A stretch of DNA of 43,039 nt from a virus (Duplodnaviria; Caudoviricetes): IMG/VR virus record IMGVR_UViG_3300049982_000091, positions 1-43,039 of that record; one strand, written 5' to 3'. The notes beneath the pieces are model-generated. The model worked only from the letters and a program-made list of their open reading frames with translations. It made no database searches and had not been told where the DNA came from. Shown one piece after another: positions 18,888-28,085 of the stretch (positions are counted from its first letter, which is position 1; every line of letters starts with the position of its first letter). The translations under genes were made by a program, and so were the position numbers.

Positions 18888-20167
18888 GACGCCGCCGGCG
18901 CCACAGGCTTACGCCTCGCCTTCGGCCCGTTCAGCGCGCGCTCGCGCTGCTTCGGATCGGCAGTGCGCCACTCGGCGACCCGGCAGTAATCCGCGGACAT
19001 GTCCACGCTCACGCCATGCCGGCCGAGCACATCGGCGACCAGCGCCACCGTGCCAGTCCCACCGAATGGGTCGAGGACAACCGCGGGGCGGGTCGGCGCG
19101 GACGTGTCAGGGCACGCGCAGGCGTATCCGGTGATGAGCGCGCCGACGCCTCGGTCAAAGGTGCGCTTCCCACCCCACTGGTTATCGGTGCACGTGGTCT
19201 CAGACCAAGACTCAGCCGAATCGGCTGCCGGTCGTTTGCGCCCATCGAGTTGCAGACCCGTGACGCGCTCGCTCACCGGCCGCCGCCCCTCGCCGCACGC
19301 CGTGCAAATCCCGGACGGCGACCAGCCCGAGACGATGCGCCGCGGCCACTCCATCGGGAACGCCGCGAAATGATCCACCGCCAGCTCAGGCGGGACACGC
19401 AACGGCTGCGTGGCGATCTGCCAGACACTGCCAGGCAGCTTGCCGAGCGGATTCGGTGCCATGCCGCTGTTGGGCGTGGCCCCGGTAGCTAGATGGGTCC
19501 CACGTGTGCCGATGCCAGGCGTCCACGTAACGCCCGATGCTTTGCGTTGCTCCCACGTCTTGCCCTTGCGATCGGTAACCTCACGGATCTCGTCAACCGC
19601 GGCGAAATACCGCGGCGACTTCACCAGGTGAAACCACGTCTCATGCGAACGCCGCACGCGGTCCTTCACCGACTCGGGCAAGCCGTTCGGCTTGGACCAG
19701 ATCACCTCGGCGCGCAGGATCAGGCCGAGGTCATCGACGCAACCGAGCGCATACCGCCACGGCAAGCCAGTCAGCGACTTCTGCCGAACGCCTCCGTACT
19801 GCTTCCGTTCAACGCGACGGTTGGCCTGGTCTCGCTGGGCACGCGTATCGTCTGCCGCATTCAGGCTGCTGGCGCCGCCGAGGTTATTAGGGTGATCCGC
19901 GGTGGCGTACTTGTCGCCGAGGTTGACCCACAGCGACCCCTCGGGCTTCAGCACCCGCACCCATTCGCGCGTGCAGTCCAGCAGCGCGGCCACGTACTCG
20001 GCCGGCGTCTGCTCGGCGCCGATCTGCCCGCCGTAGTGCTCGCCACCGTCCTGATACGAGCGCAGGCCGAAGTACGGCGGCGACGTCACGATCAGGTCGA
20101 CGGACTCATCCGGGAACGGGAGGTTACGTGCGTCGCCGCGCAGGACCACAGCGGCCACCGCCACCAC
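18884..20167 (-). CDS. Beta-class amino (N4-C/N6-A) DNA methyltransferase
   Basis: VDLIVTSPPY catalytic motif first, HFAAFP, C-terminal VLDPFGGTGT SAM-binding motif. Confidence 0.92.
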   Translation of the reverse strand: MVAVAAVVLRGDARNLPFPDESVDLIVTSPPYFGLRSYQDGGEHYGGQIGAEQTPAEYVAALLDCTREWVRVLKPEGSLWVNLGDKYATADHPNNLGGASSLNAADDTRAQRDQANRRVERKQYGGVRQKSLTGLPWRYALGCVDDLGLILRAEVIWSKPNGLPESVKDRVRRSHETWFHLVKSPRYFAAVDEIREVTDRKGKTWEQRKASGVTWTPGIGTRGTHLATGATPNSGMAPNPLGKLPGSVWQIATQPLRVPPELAVDHFAAFPMEWPRRIVSGWSPSGICTACGEGRRPVSERVTGLQLDGRKRPAADSAESWSETTCTDNQWGGKRTFDRGVGALITGYACACPDTSAPTRPAVVLDPFGGTGTVALVADVLGRHGVSVDMSADYCRVAEWRTADPKQRERALNGPKARRKPVAPAAS

Positions 20168-20358
20168 CCGCTCTCTATTCAGTTGGGGGCGCGAGGCGCC
20201 GCCGGCGTCAGCTATGACCGGCGACGCCCCGCACGTCGAAGGGGGCGAAATGCCCGGATTTTGTAACTCACGAGATTGTTCGTTCCCGCAAGTTACCGGC
20301 GCGTAGGGCGCCTCATCTGAGGGCCGATTATGAAAGCGGCCCAGGTCAGCGCGGGCGC

Positions 20359-20562
20359 TTAGGTTCTAAGCGCCGGCCGCGCGGCGTCGATGATGGCGGC
20401 CACGCGGCGTCGCATCTCGGCCGCCGACGGCGGCCCGGGCCGAAGCTCGATCGCGCCGTGGCGGTAGTCGATCAGGACCACCTCGCCGAAGCGCTCGACC
20501 AGCTCGACCGGCGAGAGGCCGAGCACCTCGGCGACATGCTCGGTGGCGTACGGGATCGGCAC
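20359..20562 (-). CDS. Small hypothetical protein
   Basis: GTG after GGGGG; VPIPYATEHVAEVLGLSPVELVERFG. Confidence 0.5.
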   Translation of the reverse strand: MPIPYATEHVAEVLGLSPVELVERFGEVVLIDYRHGAIELRPGPPSAAEMRRRVAAIIDAARPALRT

Positions 20563-20599
20563 GATGACCCCCGTTTTTCGTGACGCTGCGTGGCTTGAT

Positions 20600-20720
20600 T
20601 CCATGATCGGAAACTCTGGGGCGCCCGGAGAGAAAAGCGGGCGCTGGTGTGGCGGGTCCCCCGTTTCCGGGCCTTCCCGTCGAGGTGGGGCCCCCCTGCC
20701 CTGGTCGTCACGCGCTGTCA
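20600..20720. other. Possible cos / packaging-initiation region
   Basis: Non-coding gap between HNH and the terminase block with G-run, GACCC and TTTTCTCTCC elements on the minus strand; the usual cos position in HK97-like phages. Cut site not identifiable. Confidence 0.35.
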
Positions 20721-20842
20721 TCGAAGCGATGAATGAACGTCGGTCGGGCAGGCGGCCAGGGCCGGGCAGGGGGCGGCAGGGCGGGCCAGCGGCAGGCGCC
20801 GAGGGCGCCGGCGTGGGCCACGGTGCGGTGCGGTGGGCGTGG

Positions 20843-21148
20843 TCACCAGTCGCGGCTGTGGATGATGGGCACAACGGGCGTGAGGCTTCCACCCTTGACC
20901 TGGTTGCAGTAGCGCTCGCACGTCGGGCACGGGTTGGGGCGGCGGTAGTCGCCCGAGCCGTGGGCTACGCGTAGGTACTCAGGATCGCGAGGGTCGAGGC
21001 CCTCGGCTTCGAGGACGTGAAGCGGTGGGTCGTGGTCGATGGTGCGGGCGCCGCCGTGGCCGCATAGCCAACAGACGTCGGTCGAGGCGAGGACGTCGAG
21101 GCGTACCCGTCGCCAGGGGCGCCCCGTCCTGCCTTTGCTGCGTGGCAT
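20843..21148 (-). CDS. HNH endonuclease (terminase cofactor type)
   Basis: CWLCG...TIDH..P...VAH...CNQVKG; upstream of the terminase block. Confidence 0.85.
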   Translation of the reverse strand: MPRSKGRTGRPWRRVRLDVLASTDVCWLCGHGGARTIDHDPPLHVLEAEGLDPRDPEYLRVAHGSGDYRRPNPCPTCERYCNQVKGGSLTPVVPIIHSRDW

Positions 21149-21179
21149 CGGTGCGTCTCCCCTGGTCATGGCACGCGAA

Positions 21180-21210
21180 AGGCCCGCACACTCTCTTGGC
21201 GTGCGGGCCT
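21180..21210 (-). terminator. Stem-loop upstream of HNH
   Basis: AGGCCCGCAC-N11-GTGCGGGCCT followed by a short T run on the minus strand. Confidence 0.45.
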
Positions 21211-21332
21211 CATCACGGGGTCGAGCAGGCTACGGGGACACCTCACCTGCTGTCATTGACCATTTCACCACACGTTGAGTTACTTCGACAACTTGGACAC
21301 GCTGCCGCGGGTTAGGTTCTAAGGGCCCCAGG

Positions 21333-21590
21333 TCACGGGCCTGTTTCGCGTGCGTCGTCGTCGTCCTGGCCGCCGAGGTGGTGGGCCAGCGTCTGCTCGA
21401 CCAGGGCCAGCGGGACCGCGTCGCCGGTCGGGCCCTCGATGCGTAGGCCGCATGAACACCGGGCCCATCCTCGGCCGGTGGGAAAGCGCGTCACCCAACC
21501 GCCGTGGGCGACGTCCTCGACCAGCTCGTGGTCGACGGTCCAGAAGTGGGCATCGGTCGGCAGCTCGGGCAGCAGCGCGGGCAGTGGCAT
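21333..21590 (-). CDS. Hypothetical protein (CSCG...H motif)
   Basis: TGATG overlap; possible Zn ligands. Confidence 0.6.
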   Translation of the reverse strand: MPLPALLPELPTDAHFWTVDHELVEDVAHGGWVTRFPTGRGWARCSCGLRIEGPTGDAVPLALVEQTLAHHLGGQDDDDARETGP

Positions 21591-21865
21591 CAGGGTTTCC
21601 TCTCGAAGCCCTGCCACGGTACGCCGTCGAGGACGTAGAGCCATGCGCCGTCGGCCTCGCGTACGACGTCGGTACGCCGGTAGGTCAGGACGGGAAGCGG
21701 GTCGTTATGCCACGTCACGCGCCCGTAGACGCGTACGCCCTCGTGCGGGTCGATCGGCTCGGGCATCTCGACGCGCTCGGGCAAGTCCTCGACGCGGTAC
21801 TGGTGGCCGTCGTGCCGGCCGCCGCACAGCTCGACCAGCTCGCGCCGCATTCCCCAGGCGGTCAC
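21590..21865 (-). CDS. Hypothetical protein
   Basis: VELCGGRHDG motif; overlaps both neighbours. Confidence 0.6.
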   Translation of the reverse strand: MTAWGMRRELVELCGGRHDGHQYRVEDLPERVEMPEPIDPHEGVRVYGRVTWHNDPLPVLTYRRTDVVREADGAWLYVLDGVPWQGFERKP

Positions 21866-22059
21866 GCGACGTCCTCGGCGGCAGGGTCGGCCAGCGCGCC
21901 GGCGAGGGCCTCGACGTCGCGCAGGTCGTAGAGCGTGCGGCCCTTCGCGTCCTGGCCCTGCCGTGGCAGCAGCGTGGGCATACGCGACGCCATGATCCGT
22001 ACGGCGTTGGGCGTGGTTTCGAGCAGGACCGCGACGGCGGCGGTGTCGATCAGGGTCAT
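21862..22059 (-). CDS. Small MerR-like HTH DNA-binding protein
   Basis: IDTAAVAVLLETTPNAVRIMASR...GRTLYDLRDV; GGAGG RBS. Confidence 0.7.
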   Translation of the reverse strand: MTLIDTAAVAVLLETTPNAVRIMASRMPTLLPRQGQDAKGRTLYDLRDVEALAGALADPAAEDVA

Positions 22060-22235
22060 GATGCCTCCAGGTACAGGTAGTGCAGGCGCCCGCGCTTGCG
22101 CTCGACGGACACGATCAGGCCGGGCACGCCGAGCTTGATCCGGAGTGCGTCGCCGTACTCCAGGGCCCGCTTCCACACTTCGTCGTCGGTGCCCTCGACC
22201 GAGTCGAGGAACGTCCGACTGTCGGCGCCGCTCAC
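22056..22235 (-). CDS. Small hypothetical protein
   Basis: GTGA/ATGA overlaps fill the gap exactly. Confidence 0.55.
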   Translation of the reverse strand: MSGADSRTFLDSVEGTDDEVWKRALEYGDALRIKLGVPGLIVSVERKRGRLHYLYLEAS

Positions 22236-22618
22236 TGGCCGCGCTCGTGGGCCTGGCGGTCGATGGCTTCGAGCAGGCGCCCAAGCTCGCGGGTCTGCCG
22301 GCCGTCGCGGGTCATGAACCACAGTCGCCGGCGGGCCCACTGCCGTACGCGCTGCCGCCGTGTCGGCGCCTCGACGCACTGGGCCCAGACCTTCGGGTCG
22401 ATCCATAGGCGCGAGTCAGGGATCGAGATCTCGCCGCGGACCGGCCGGCGCCACTGGGCCCGGTAGCTCGGGACGTAGGCGGCGCGCTTCCCTGGCAAGT
22501 CGTCCAGCGGCCGGGCCTCGATGTGACACCACGCCGTAGGCGTGCCCTGGCCGACGGGCCCAAGGCGTAGTAGGTAGTTCTGCTGCCACTCGGGAAGGTC
22601 ATCCCATCGGTACGTCAT
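22232..22618 (-). CDS. Hypothetical protein
   Basis: ATGA overlap, same operon. Confidence 0.55.
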   Translation of the reverse strand: MTYRWDDLPEWQQNYLLRLGPVGQGTPTAWCHIEARPLDDLPGKRAAYVPSYRAQWRRPVRGEISIPDSRLWIDPKVWAQCVEAPTRRQRVRQWARRRLWFMTRDGRQTRELGRLLEAIDRQAHERGQ

Positions 22619-23334
22619 GCGCTCGCCTTCGGGTTGATGCGGTGCCGCTGTGCGGCCACCAGGCGGCCGAGGAAGGCATATTCGGACGGGCCCCAGGCGC
22701 CGCCACAGTGGCGGCAGTGGAGGCCGTCACCGCGCTGCCAGATGATCGCCTCGCGGTCGCCTCGGGCGTTGGGGTCGATGCGGCCTTCGTCGCCGTACTG
22801 CTGGAGCTGAACCAGTGGATCGTCGTGAAGCGGGCAGTGGATCGGCCGGCCGTTGCCTCGAAGCGGCCGGTCGGGTGTGGACAGGCCGATGGCGCGGCGC
22901 GTGAGGTGATGCCACCGGAACACGTCGATGGCGAGGACTCGGGCAGGGCTGCGAAGCTGCCGACCGACCAGGCGCCGGTAGAGGATGCCGATCGAGGCGA
23001 GGGTGTTGGGGATGTCGCCCTGGACGCCGGGCTCGCCGAGGGCTTCGCGTGCGGACAGGGCGGCCGGCCATGCCTGGTCGTGCAGGGCGTTGATGGCGGC
23101 CAGGACGTCGAGGTTGACGGGCAGGACGTGGACGTTCGCCGAGGTGGTGACGCGTTCGCCTTCGGCGGTGCCGGCGTCTCGCTCCAGTGCGGTGGCCAGG
23201 CGCGGGTAGATCTCCAGGATGTCGGCGAGGGCGTCGTCCACTCGGTCGCCGAGGCGGTGAAGGCTGTCGGGCACGGGTCCCTTCCAGGTTCTGGGGGTTT
23301 TGGGGATGTCCCAAGGGCGTATTTGTCTGCTCAT
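22615..23334 (-). CDS. Zn-ribbon protein, possible late-gene regulator
   Basis: LPVNLDVL helical region, HCPLH and CRHCGGAW; at the end of the early operon. Confidence 0.6.
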   Translation of the reverse strand: MSRQIRPWDIPKTPRTWKGPVPDSLHRLGDRVDDALADILEIYPRLATALERDAGTAEGERVTTSANVHVLPVNLDVLAAINALHDQAWPAALSAREALGEPGVQGDIPNTLASIGILYRRLVGRQLRSPARVLAIDVFRWHHLTRRAIGLSTPDRPLRGNGRPIHCPLHDDPLVQLQQYGDEGRIDPNARGDREAIIWQRGDGLHCRHCGGAWGPSEYAFLGRLVAAQRHRINPKASA

Positions 23335-23725
23335 CCCTACGGAGGCCCTCGACCGTCGCTGTCCGTGCCCGTATGCGTTCGGCCAGTAGTAGTTAGTCCT
23401 TCTGAAGGTCTATTTAGGGAGACATCCCCAACATCCCCAAAAGGTCGAAAGTCGGGATCGCCGCAGGTCATGGCCCGTAGGTTCTGGGGACATCTGGGGA
23501 TGCCACGCGCGGCCGATATCCCCAACATGTCCCCAGAACGGGCGTTTCCGCAGGTCAGGCCGGGTATTGCGGTGACATCCCCAAAACCTCCCGAGCAGTG
23601 CGCCGGCGGGACGTGGCGGTGGCCTCGAAGCGCCATATCCGCAGGTAGCGGCCTCGCGAGGTTTTGGGGATGTCGCCTCGGCCGCCGGACGGGCCGAGGG
23701 TTTTGGGGATGTCCCCAGAACGCGC
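23290..23725. repeat. Iteron cluster, candidate lytic replication origin
   Basis: GGTTTTGGGGATGTC at 23296, 23660 and 23699, inverted at 23574; partial copies at 23421-23444, 23481, 23528 and 23709; AT-rich patch at about 23386-23416. Confidence 0.75.
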
Positions 23726-23754
23726 CGCCGGTCTCGGTCGTCCTGCGTGCCATG

Positions 23755-25641
23755 TCAGCGCCCCTCGATCGCGGCCGGGTGCGCGAGGAAGGTCCCGTCG
23801 CGCATCTTGCGCTTCCCATCGGCCATGACGCGCTCGACGGTCGTGATCCACCCGTATTCGGCGAGCGTTACCAGGGCCTCGCGGACGTCCTCGCTCGACG
23901 CGCACCAGGACTGCCCCCGCAAGCCCTGCCACGCGTCCCGGACGGTGAACTCGGCGCGGCCAGAGCGGCCGATCCACGCCAGCACCTTGGCGGCGGCGAC
24001 GTTCTGTGCGGGCGCCCGCCACGCGCCGTAGACCTTCCGCGCGTGCTGCAACAGGACGTCGCCGATCTCCAGGGCGGCGCGCATCGTGTCGAAGGACACG
24101 GGCCGCTCGGGCGCCTGCCGCTTCGCCAGGTGGAGCAGGCCGGCGATGCGCAGAATCCGGCCGGCGTGCTTCCCCGCCCAGTCGGCCATGTAGGCCAGGT
24201 CTCCGGTGTCGGACGCCAACCGCGGTTCGAGGGCGGCCCGGTAGTCGCGGTGGGCCTGCAGGGCGTCGGCGTCCAGGACGATGATCCGCTGTTCGTCGTC
24301 GTCGCCCACGGCGGGCATCGCGGCGACGTACTGGAGCAGGTCGCGCCACTCCTCGGCCGCCGCCGCGGGCATGTCGGGCGCGTCCACGGTGCGGGCGCCT
24401 ACCGTGTCGACGGGCACGGCGTAGCAGAAGCGGCCCATCAGACCGCGTTCCTTCAGCGCCGGCGTCTTCGTCGTCTCGGCGAGGACGTCGGGCTGGACCG
24501 AGAGCGAGAGCGTCACCGCCGGCCGGTCGACGCTGATCGGCTCGCGGCCCACACGGTCGGCCCGGTACGGCGACCCGTCGTAGGACTTCAGGACCAGGTC
24601 GAGCTGTGGGGTTCCCTGCGTGTAGCGGCCCGTCAGCGCCCCGAACACACCGCCCTCGGCGGTGACGACGCCGACGTGCCCCGAGTTGTTGCGCAGCGCC
24701 ACGGCGAGGGCCTCGGGCGTGAAGTCGTCCAGCAGGAACCGCGGCGCGGGCCTGGGCGTCAACCGCTCGATCTCGGCCGAGATCGACTCGATCTCGGCCC
24801 ATTGCTCGGCCAGCTCGCCGTCGGCCTGGCCCGCGTCTCGAAGCAGCTTTTCCTTCCTCTTCTCGGCGATGATCAGGCGGTCGGCGTCACCGGCGTGCTC
24901 GGCCTCATGGTCGAGGCGCGCGGAACGCTCCAGTGAGTACAGCGGGCGCGCGACCGCGTCCGTCACAGCGGACTTCCGCGACGCCGGCGGCAGCACAGTG
25001 ATTGACCACAAGACGAGCGGCTCGACCCACCCGCCGCCGCCGGCGACCCACGCACGGTTAGCGGCGGCCACGGACAGGGCGCCCAGGGCGGTCATGGCGG
25101 CCAGCTCGACGGGCGTCTGTGTCTGCTCGGCGAGGGCCTCGACGTAGCGCCGGACACGGTTGGGCAGGGCCTCGACCGGGAACGCGTCGGCGTCCTCGGC
25201 TTCCTCGGTCAGTGGCTCGGGCTCGGCCCACGTGTGCGCCTGCTCGGCCTGCTGCTTCGTCTCGTACGTGCCGCGCAGGATGACGTCACGGGGCGCCGTG
25301 CGAGGGTTCAGCGTGCCCTTCGACATGCCCGAGCGGATGGTGGCTGTGATCTCGCGGTCTTCGAGGCCGGCGGCCTGGGCGGCGTTGGTCAGCTCGGCCA
25401 CCACCTGGTGTTCGGTCAGCTCGCCGCCGGCGACAAGCTGGCCGAGGCTGAAGGCCGCACGGTTGAGGGCGTCGTTGCGGGTCCCGCTGGCCGCGCTGCG
25501 CACTGCGTCGGCTTCGCGCTTCAGCGCGGCGCCGGCGTAGCCGAGGCCGCGCGTGTTGCCGCCGCCGGCGGGCCGAGGCGTCGGGACGGGCCGAAGGTTC
25601 GGCTTCTGGTCGGTCTCACGGACCGAGTCGATCCACCCCAT
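23755..25641 (-). CDS. DUF3987/YfjI-type replication protein (probable helicase) with N-terminal primase-C-terminal-like domain
   Basis: RNDALNRAAFSLGQLV, FPVEALP, PPASRKS, DFTPEAL, ADRVGR, VQP and GLMGRF motifs. Confidence 0.8.
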   Translation of the reverse strand: MGWIDSVRETDQKPNLRPVPTPRPAGGGNTRGLGYAGAALKREADAVRSAASGTRNDALNRAAFSLGQLVAGGELTEHQVVAELTNAAQAAGLEDREITATIRSGMSKGTLNPRTAPRDVILRGTYETKQQAEQAHTWAEPEPLTEEAEDADAFPVEALPNRVRRYVEALAEQTQTPVELAAMTALGALSVAAANRAWVAGGGGWVEPLVLWSITVLPPASRKSAVTDAVARPLYSLERSARLDHEAEHAGDADRLIIAEKRKEKLLRDAGQADGELAEQWAEIESISAEIERLTPRPAPRFLLDDFTPEALAVALRNNSGHVGVVTAEGGVFGALTGRYTQGTPQLDLVLKSYDGSPYRADRVGREPISVDRPAVTLSLSVQPDVLAETTKTPALKERGLMGRFCYAVPVDTVGARTVDAPDMPAAAAEEWRDLLQYVAAMPAVGDDDEQRIIVLDADALQAHRDYRAALEPRLASDTGDLAYMADWAGKHAGRILRIAGLLHLAKRQAPERPVSFDTMRAALEIGDVLLQHARKVYGAWRAPAQNVAAAKVLAWIGRSGRAEFTVRDAWQGLRGQSWCASSEDVREALVTLAEYGWITTVERVMADGKRKMRDGTFLAHPAAIEGR

Positions 25642-26330
25642 CAGGCCCGCCCGTTGGCGGCGCGCAGGCAGACGGGGCGAAGCGGCAGCGGGCCGAGAGG
25701 CTCGGTCCAGGCGTACCGGTTGCCGGTCGCCGAGATCGAGGGCGGCAGTGCCACGTACCCGCCCAGGCCGCGGTAGTCGACGCCGGGCCGAACCTTCGCG
25801 CCGTTCCCGTCGCCGGTCGGGCGGATGAACAGGTGGATGCCACGGCGGCCGGTCAGCGCGCGGCCGATGGTCGGCGGGATCTTCCCTTCGTCGCGCAGCT
25901 TCGCCAGCGACATGTAGCCGTGTGGCGGGTCGATGTCGATCACGTCGAAGTGGTGGCCCGTCGGCGCTCCCACGTTCGCGTCGGGGCGCTGCTGCCACCA
26001 CCGGTCGATGCGGACGGGGTCGAGGGTGGCGTCATAGAGTCCGTGGCCGTCGCGGCCACACTCGCCATGGCACGTGTCGTATCCGGGTTCGCCCTTACGG
26101 TGAGCGCGGCCGAAAAGCGGCCGCTTGTCGCGCGGCAACAGGGGGAAGACTGCGATGCCCTGCGAGGCGTACCAAAGGGCCGCCGAGCGGAGCGCGCCCG
26201 CCCGGCGAAGGCGCTCGTCTTCCTCGGCTTCGAGGTCCTCGACCAGCGCGGTCAGGTCGCGGACCGCGTCGTCGTCGCCGCGGTCGAGGGCCGCCTGAAG
26301 CTTGTCGATGATGTCCTGATCGAGGATCAC
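25641..26330 (-). CDS. Bifunctional DNA primase/polymerase (Prim-Pol)
   Basis: AVFPL..DKRP, ATLD...WW..PDANVG, VIDID, TGRRGIHLF and DYRGLGGYVALPPS motifs. Confidence 0.92.
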   Translation of the reverse strand: MILDQDIIDKLQAALDRGDDDAVRDLTALVEDLEAEEDERLRRAGALRSAALWYASQGIAVFPLLPRDKRPLFGRAHRKGEPGYDTCHGECGRDGHGLYDATLDPVRIDRWWQQRPDANVGAPTGHHFDVIDIDPPHGYMSLAKLRDEGKIPPTIGRALTGRRGIHLFIRPTGDGNGAKVRPGVDYRGLGGYVALPPSISATGNRYAWTEPLGPLPLRPVCLRAANGRA

Positions 26331-26423
26331 GCGGTCTCCCCCGCTGTTGTTGCTGGTGTCGTCTCTTACGCGGGTGCGGCGCCGCCCTCGACAGCACGTG
26401 GCCATCGGGGGCGGCGCGGCGGG

Positions 26424-27131
26424 TTAGAACGGAGGGTCAGCCGTGGCCGCCGCCGGCGCGGCCGGGGCGGCCGGGGCGCCGCCTCCGCGGGCCACCGCCA
26501 CCTCGAAGTGCTTCAGCGTCTTGCCGCCGCCACGCTTCTCGATCTCGGTCAGGACGATCCGGATACGGTCGCCCACCTCGGGCCGCTCGTCGGTCAAGGC
26601 GGTCTTCAGGCGGATCTGACCGCACGTGACGGTCTTCTCCTCGCCGTCGTCGGTGGTGAGCAGAAGCTGGGGGACGGTCTTCGTCCCATTGGCGTCGGTG
26701 AAGGTCTGCTTCCGGATCGCGTCGATCCGGCCCGTGATCGAGTCGCCGACGTTGACGAACTCGACGTAGTTGCCGGACTGGCGAAGCTCGGGGTCATCCC
26801 AAATCGACATGCTGGGCCTTCCTGTTGCGCCCTGGTCGGGCGGTGGCGGTGATGCGGCCGGGGGCGCCGGCCGCGGTTTGCACTTGTGCTCCAGGTGGAG
26901 CGGCAGCGGGCCACGCTGCGGTGTGTCGAGACACGTCCACCCGCGGGCCGGGTGGCGCACCCAGATGGTCCGGTCGGGCGGCGCCCTCGACGGGTCGCCG
27001 GCGTACGGCTCGACGTCGACCCGCGCCTGGAGCGCGGCGGCGCGGGTCCCGGACTCCTGGACGAAGGCGACCAGGACGCCACACCGGCGGCAGAGCGCCG
27101 GTGCGTCGTCGGTGGCGGCCTGGTCGGTCAC
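26424..27131 (-). CDS. ORF with N-terminal CxxC domain and C-terminal SSB-like domain (internal start at 26810)
   Basis: C-terminal part MSIWDD...FVNVGDSITGRI...GKTLKHFEV...DPPF has the OB-fold-like core and acidic PF tail of phage SSBs. Confidence 0.65.
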   Translation of the reverse strand: MTDQAATDDAPALCRRCGVLVAFVQESGTRAAALQARVDVEPYAGDPSRAPPDRTIWVRHPARGWTCLDTPQRGPLPLHLEHKCKPRPAPPAASPPPPDQGATGRPSMSIWDDPELRQSGNYVEFVNVGDSITGRIDAIRKQTFTDANGTKTVPQLLLTTDDGEEKTVTCGQIRLKTALTDERPEVGDRIRIVLTEIEKRGGGKTLKHFEVAVARGGGAPAAPAAPAAATADPPF

Positions 27132-27520
27132 TGGGCGCCGCCCAGGGCGTCGCGCAGCACACGCAAACGCCGCTCGGCGTCGAGTGCCCGCTTACGCCAG
27201 GTGACCAGGTCGGCCTCGGCCTGCTCCAGGGCCTTCACTCGGCGGAGCAGGTCGGCGAGGCTCATCTGTCGGACGTCCTGGGCGACCGCCGTACGCGGCC
27301 GGCCCGGACCGCGCCCGGTGTGGGCCCTCAGGTGGGGGCGGACAGGGCCGATGGTGGGGGCGGTGTAGTCGCAGTGGAGGCAACCGAAGACGATCGTTCC
27401 GTCGTCCAGCAGCAGCTCGCGAATCTGCCGGAACAGGACGGGCTTCGCGTCGGTGTGCAGGGGCGACTTCGCGGGCTGGTCCTCGATCACCGAGCGGCCG
27501 GCGACGATGGCGGCGGTCAC
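27128..27520 (-). CDS. C2H2-like Zn-finger / coiled-coil protein
   Basis: CLHCDY...HLRAH; GGAGG RBS; GTGA overlap. Confidence 0.65.
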   Translation of the reverse strand: MTAAIVAGRSVIEDQPAKSPLHTDAKPVLFRQIRELLLDDGTIVFGCLHCDYTAPTIGPVRPHLRAHTGRGPGRPRTAVAQDVRQMSLADLLRRVKALEQAEADLVTWRKRALDAERRLRVLRDALGGAQ

Positions 27521-27786
27521 TTGCCGTCCTCCAATTTCGTCCAGGTGATCGAGGACGACTCGACGTGACCGGTCACGGTGGGGCACCTGCTGTCGTCGCG
27601 CCAGTACCGCCTGGCCTGGGCTCGCTGCTCACGCGAGATCGCGCCGCGGGCCGCCGCCGCGGTGGCGTACGGTCCGGCGTACGTCGTGGCCACGTGCGGC
27701 GGGCGAAGCGGGTCGACGGGCGGGTACGTCGCGACGATGACGGCGCGGAACGCCTGGGCCTGGTCGCCGTGCATGGTGCGGCTCAT
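27517..27786 (-). CDS. Hypothetical protein
   Basis: YAGPYATAAAARGAI motif; overlaps neighbours. Confidence 0.65.
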   Translation of the reverse strand: MSRTMHGDQAQAFRAVIVATYPPVDPLRPPHVATTYAGPYATAAAARGAISREQRAQARRYWRDDSRCPTVTGHVESSSITWTKLEDGK

Positions 27787-28085
27787 CGACCGAGCCCCCG
27801 ATGCCAGTCAGCGTGTGGGCCGGCCGAGTCCTCGACCAGGGCGCCGCACAGCTCGCACTGACTGATCACTTCATCGTTCGGCCAGTAGCTGGTGAAGCTC
27901 ACGACCAGCTCGACGCCCTCGACGCCCTGGACGCCCTCGGCCTCGCCCATCAGGACCGCGGCGAGGCGCTCCACAGCGTCGATCTTCTGCGGCAGCGTGA
28001 CGCCGTCGGCGTAGCCGCGTGCGTTGTTCGCCAGCGCGTTGACCTTCTCGATGGCCAGGGCCAGGGCCTGCTCGCTCGTCATCAC
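27783..28085 (-). CDS. Hypothetical protein (CxxC...HxxxH)
   Basis: CELCGALV...HADWH; overlaps neighbours. Confidence 0.6.
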   Translation of the reverse strand: MMTSEQALALAIEKVNALANNARGYADGVTLPQKIDAVERLAAVLMGEAEGVQGVEGVELVVSFTSYWPNDEVISQCELCGALVEDSAGPHADWHRGLGR

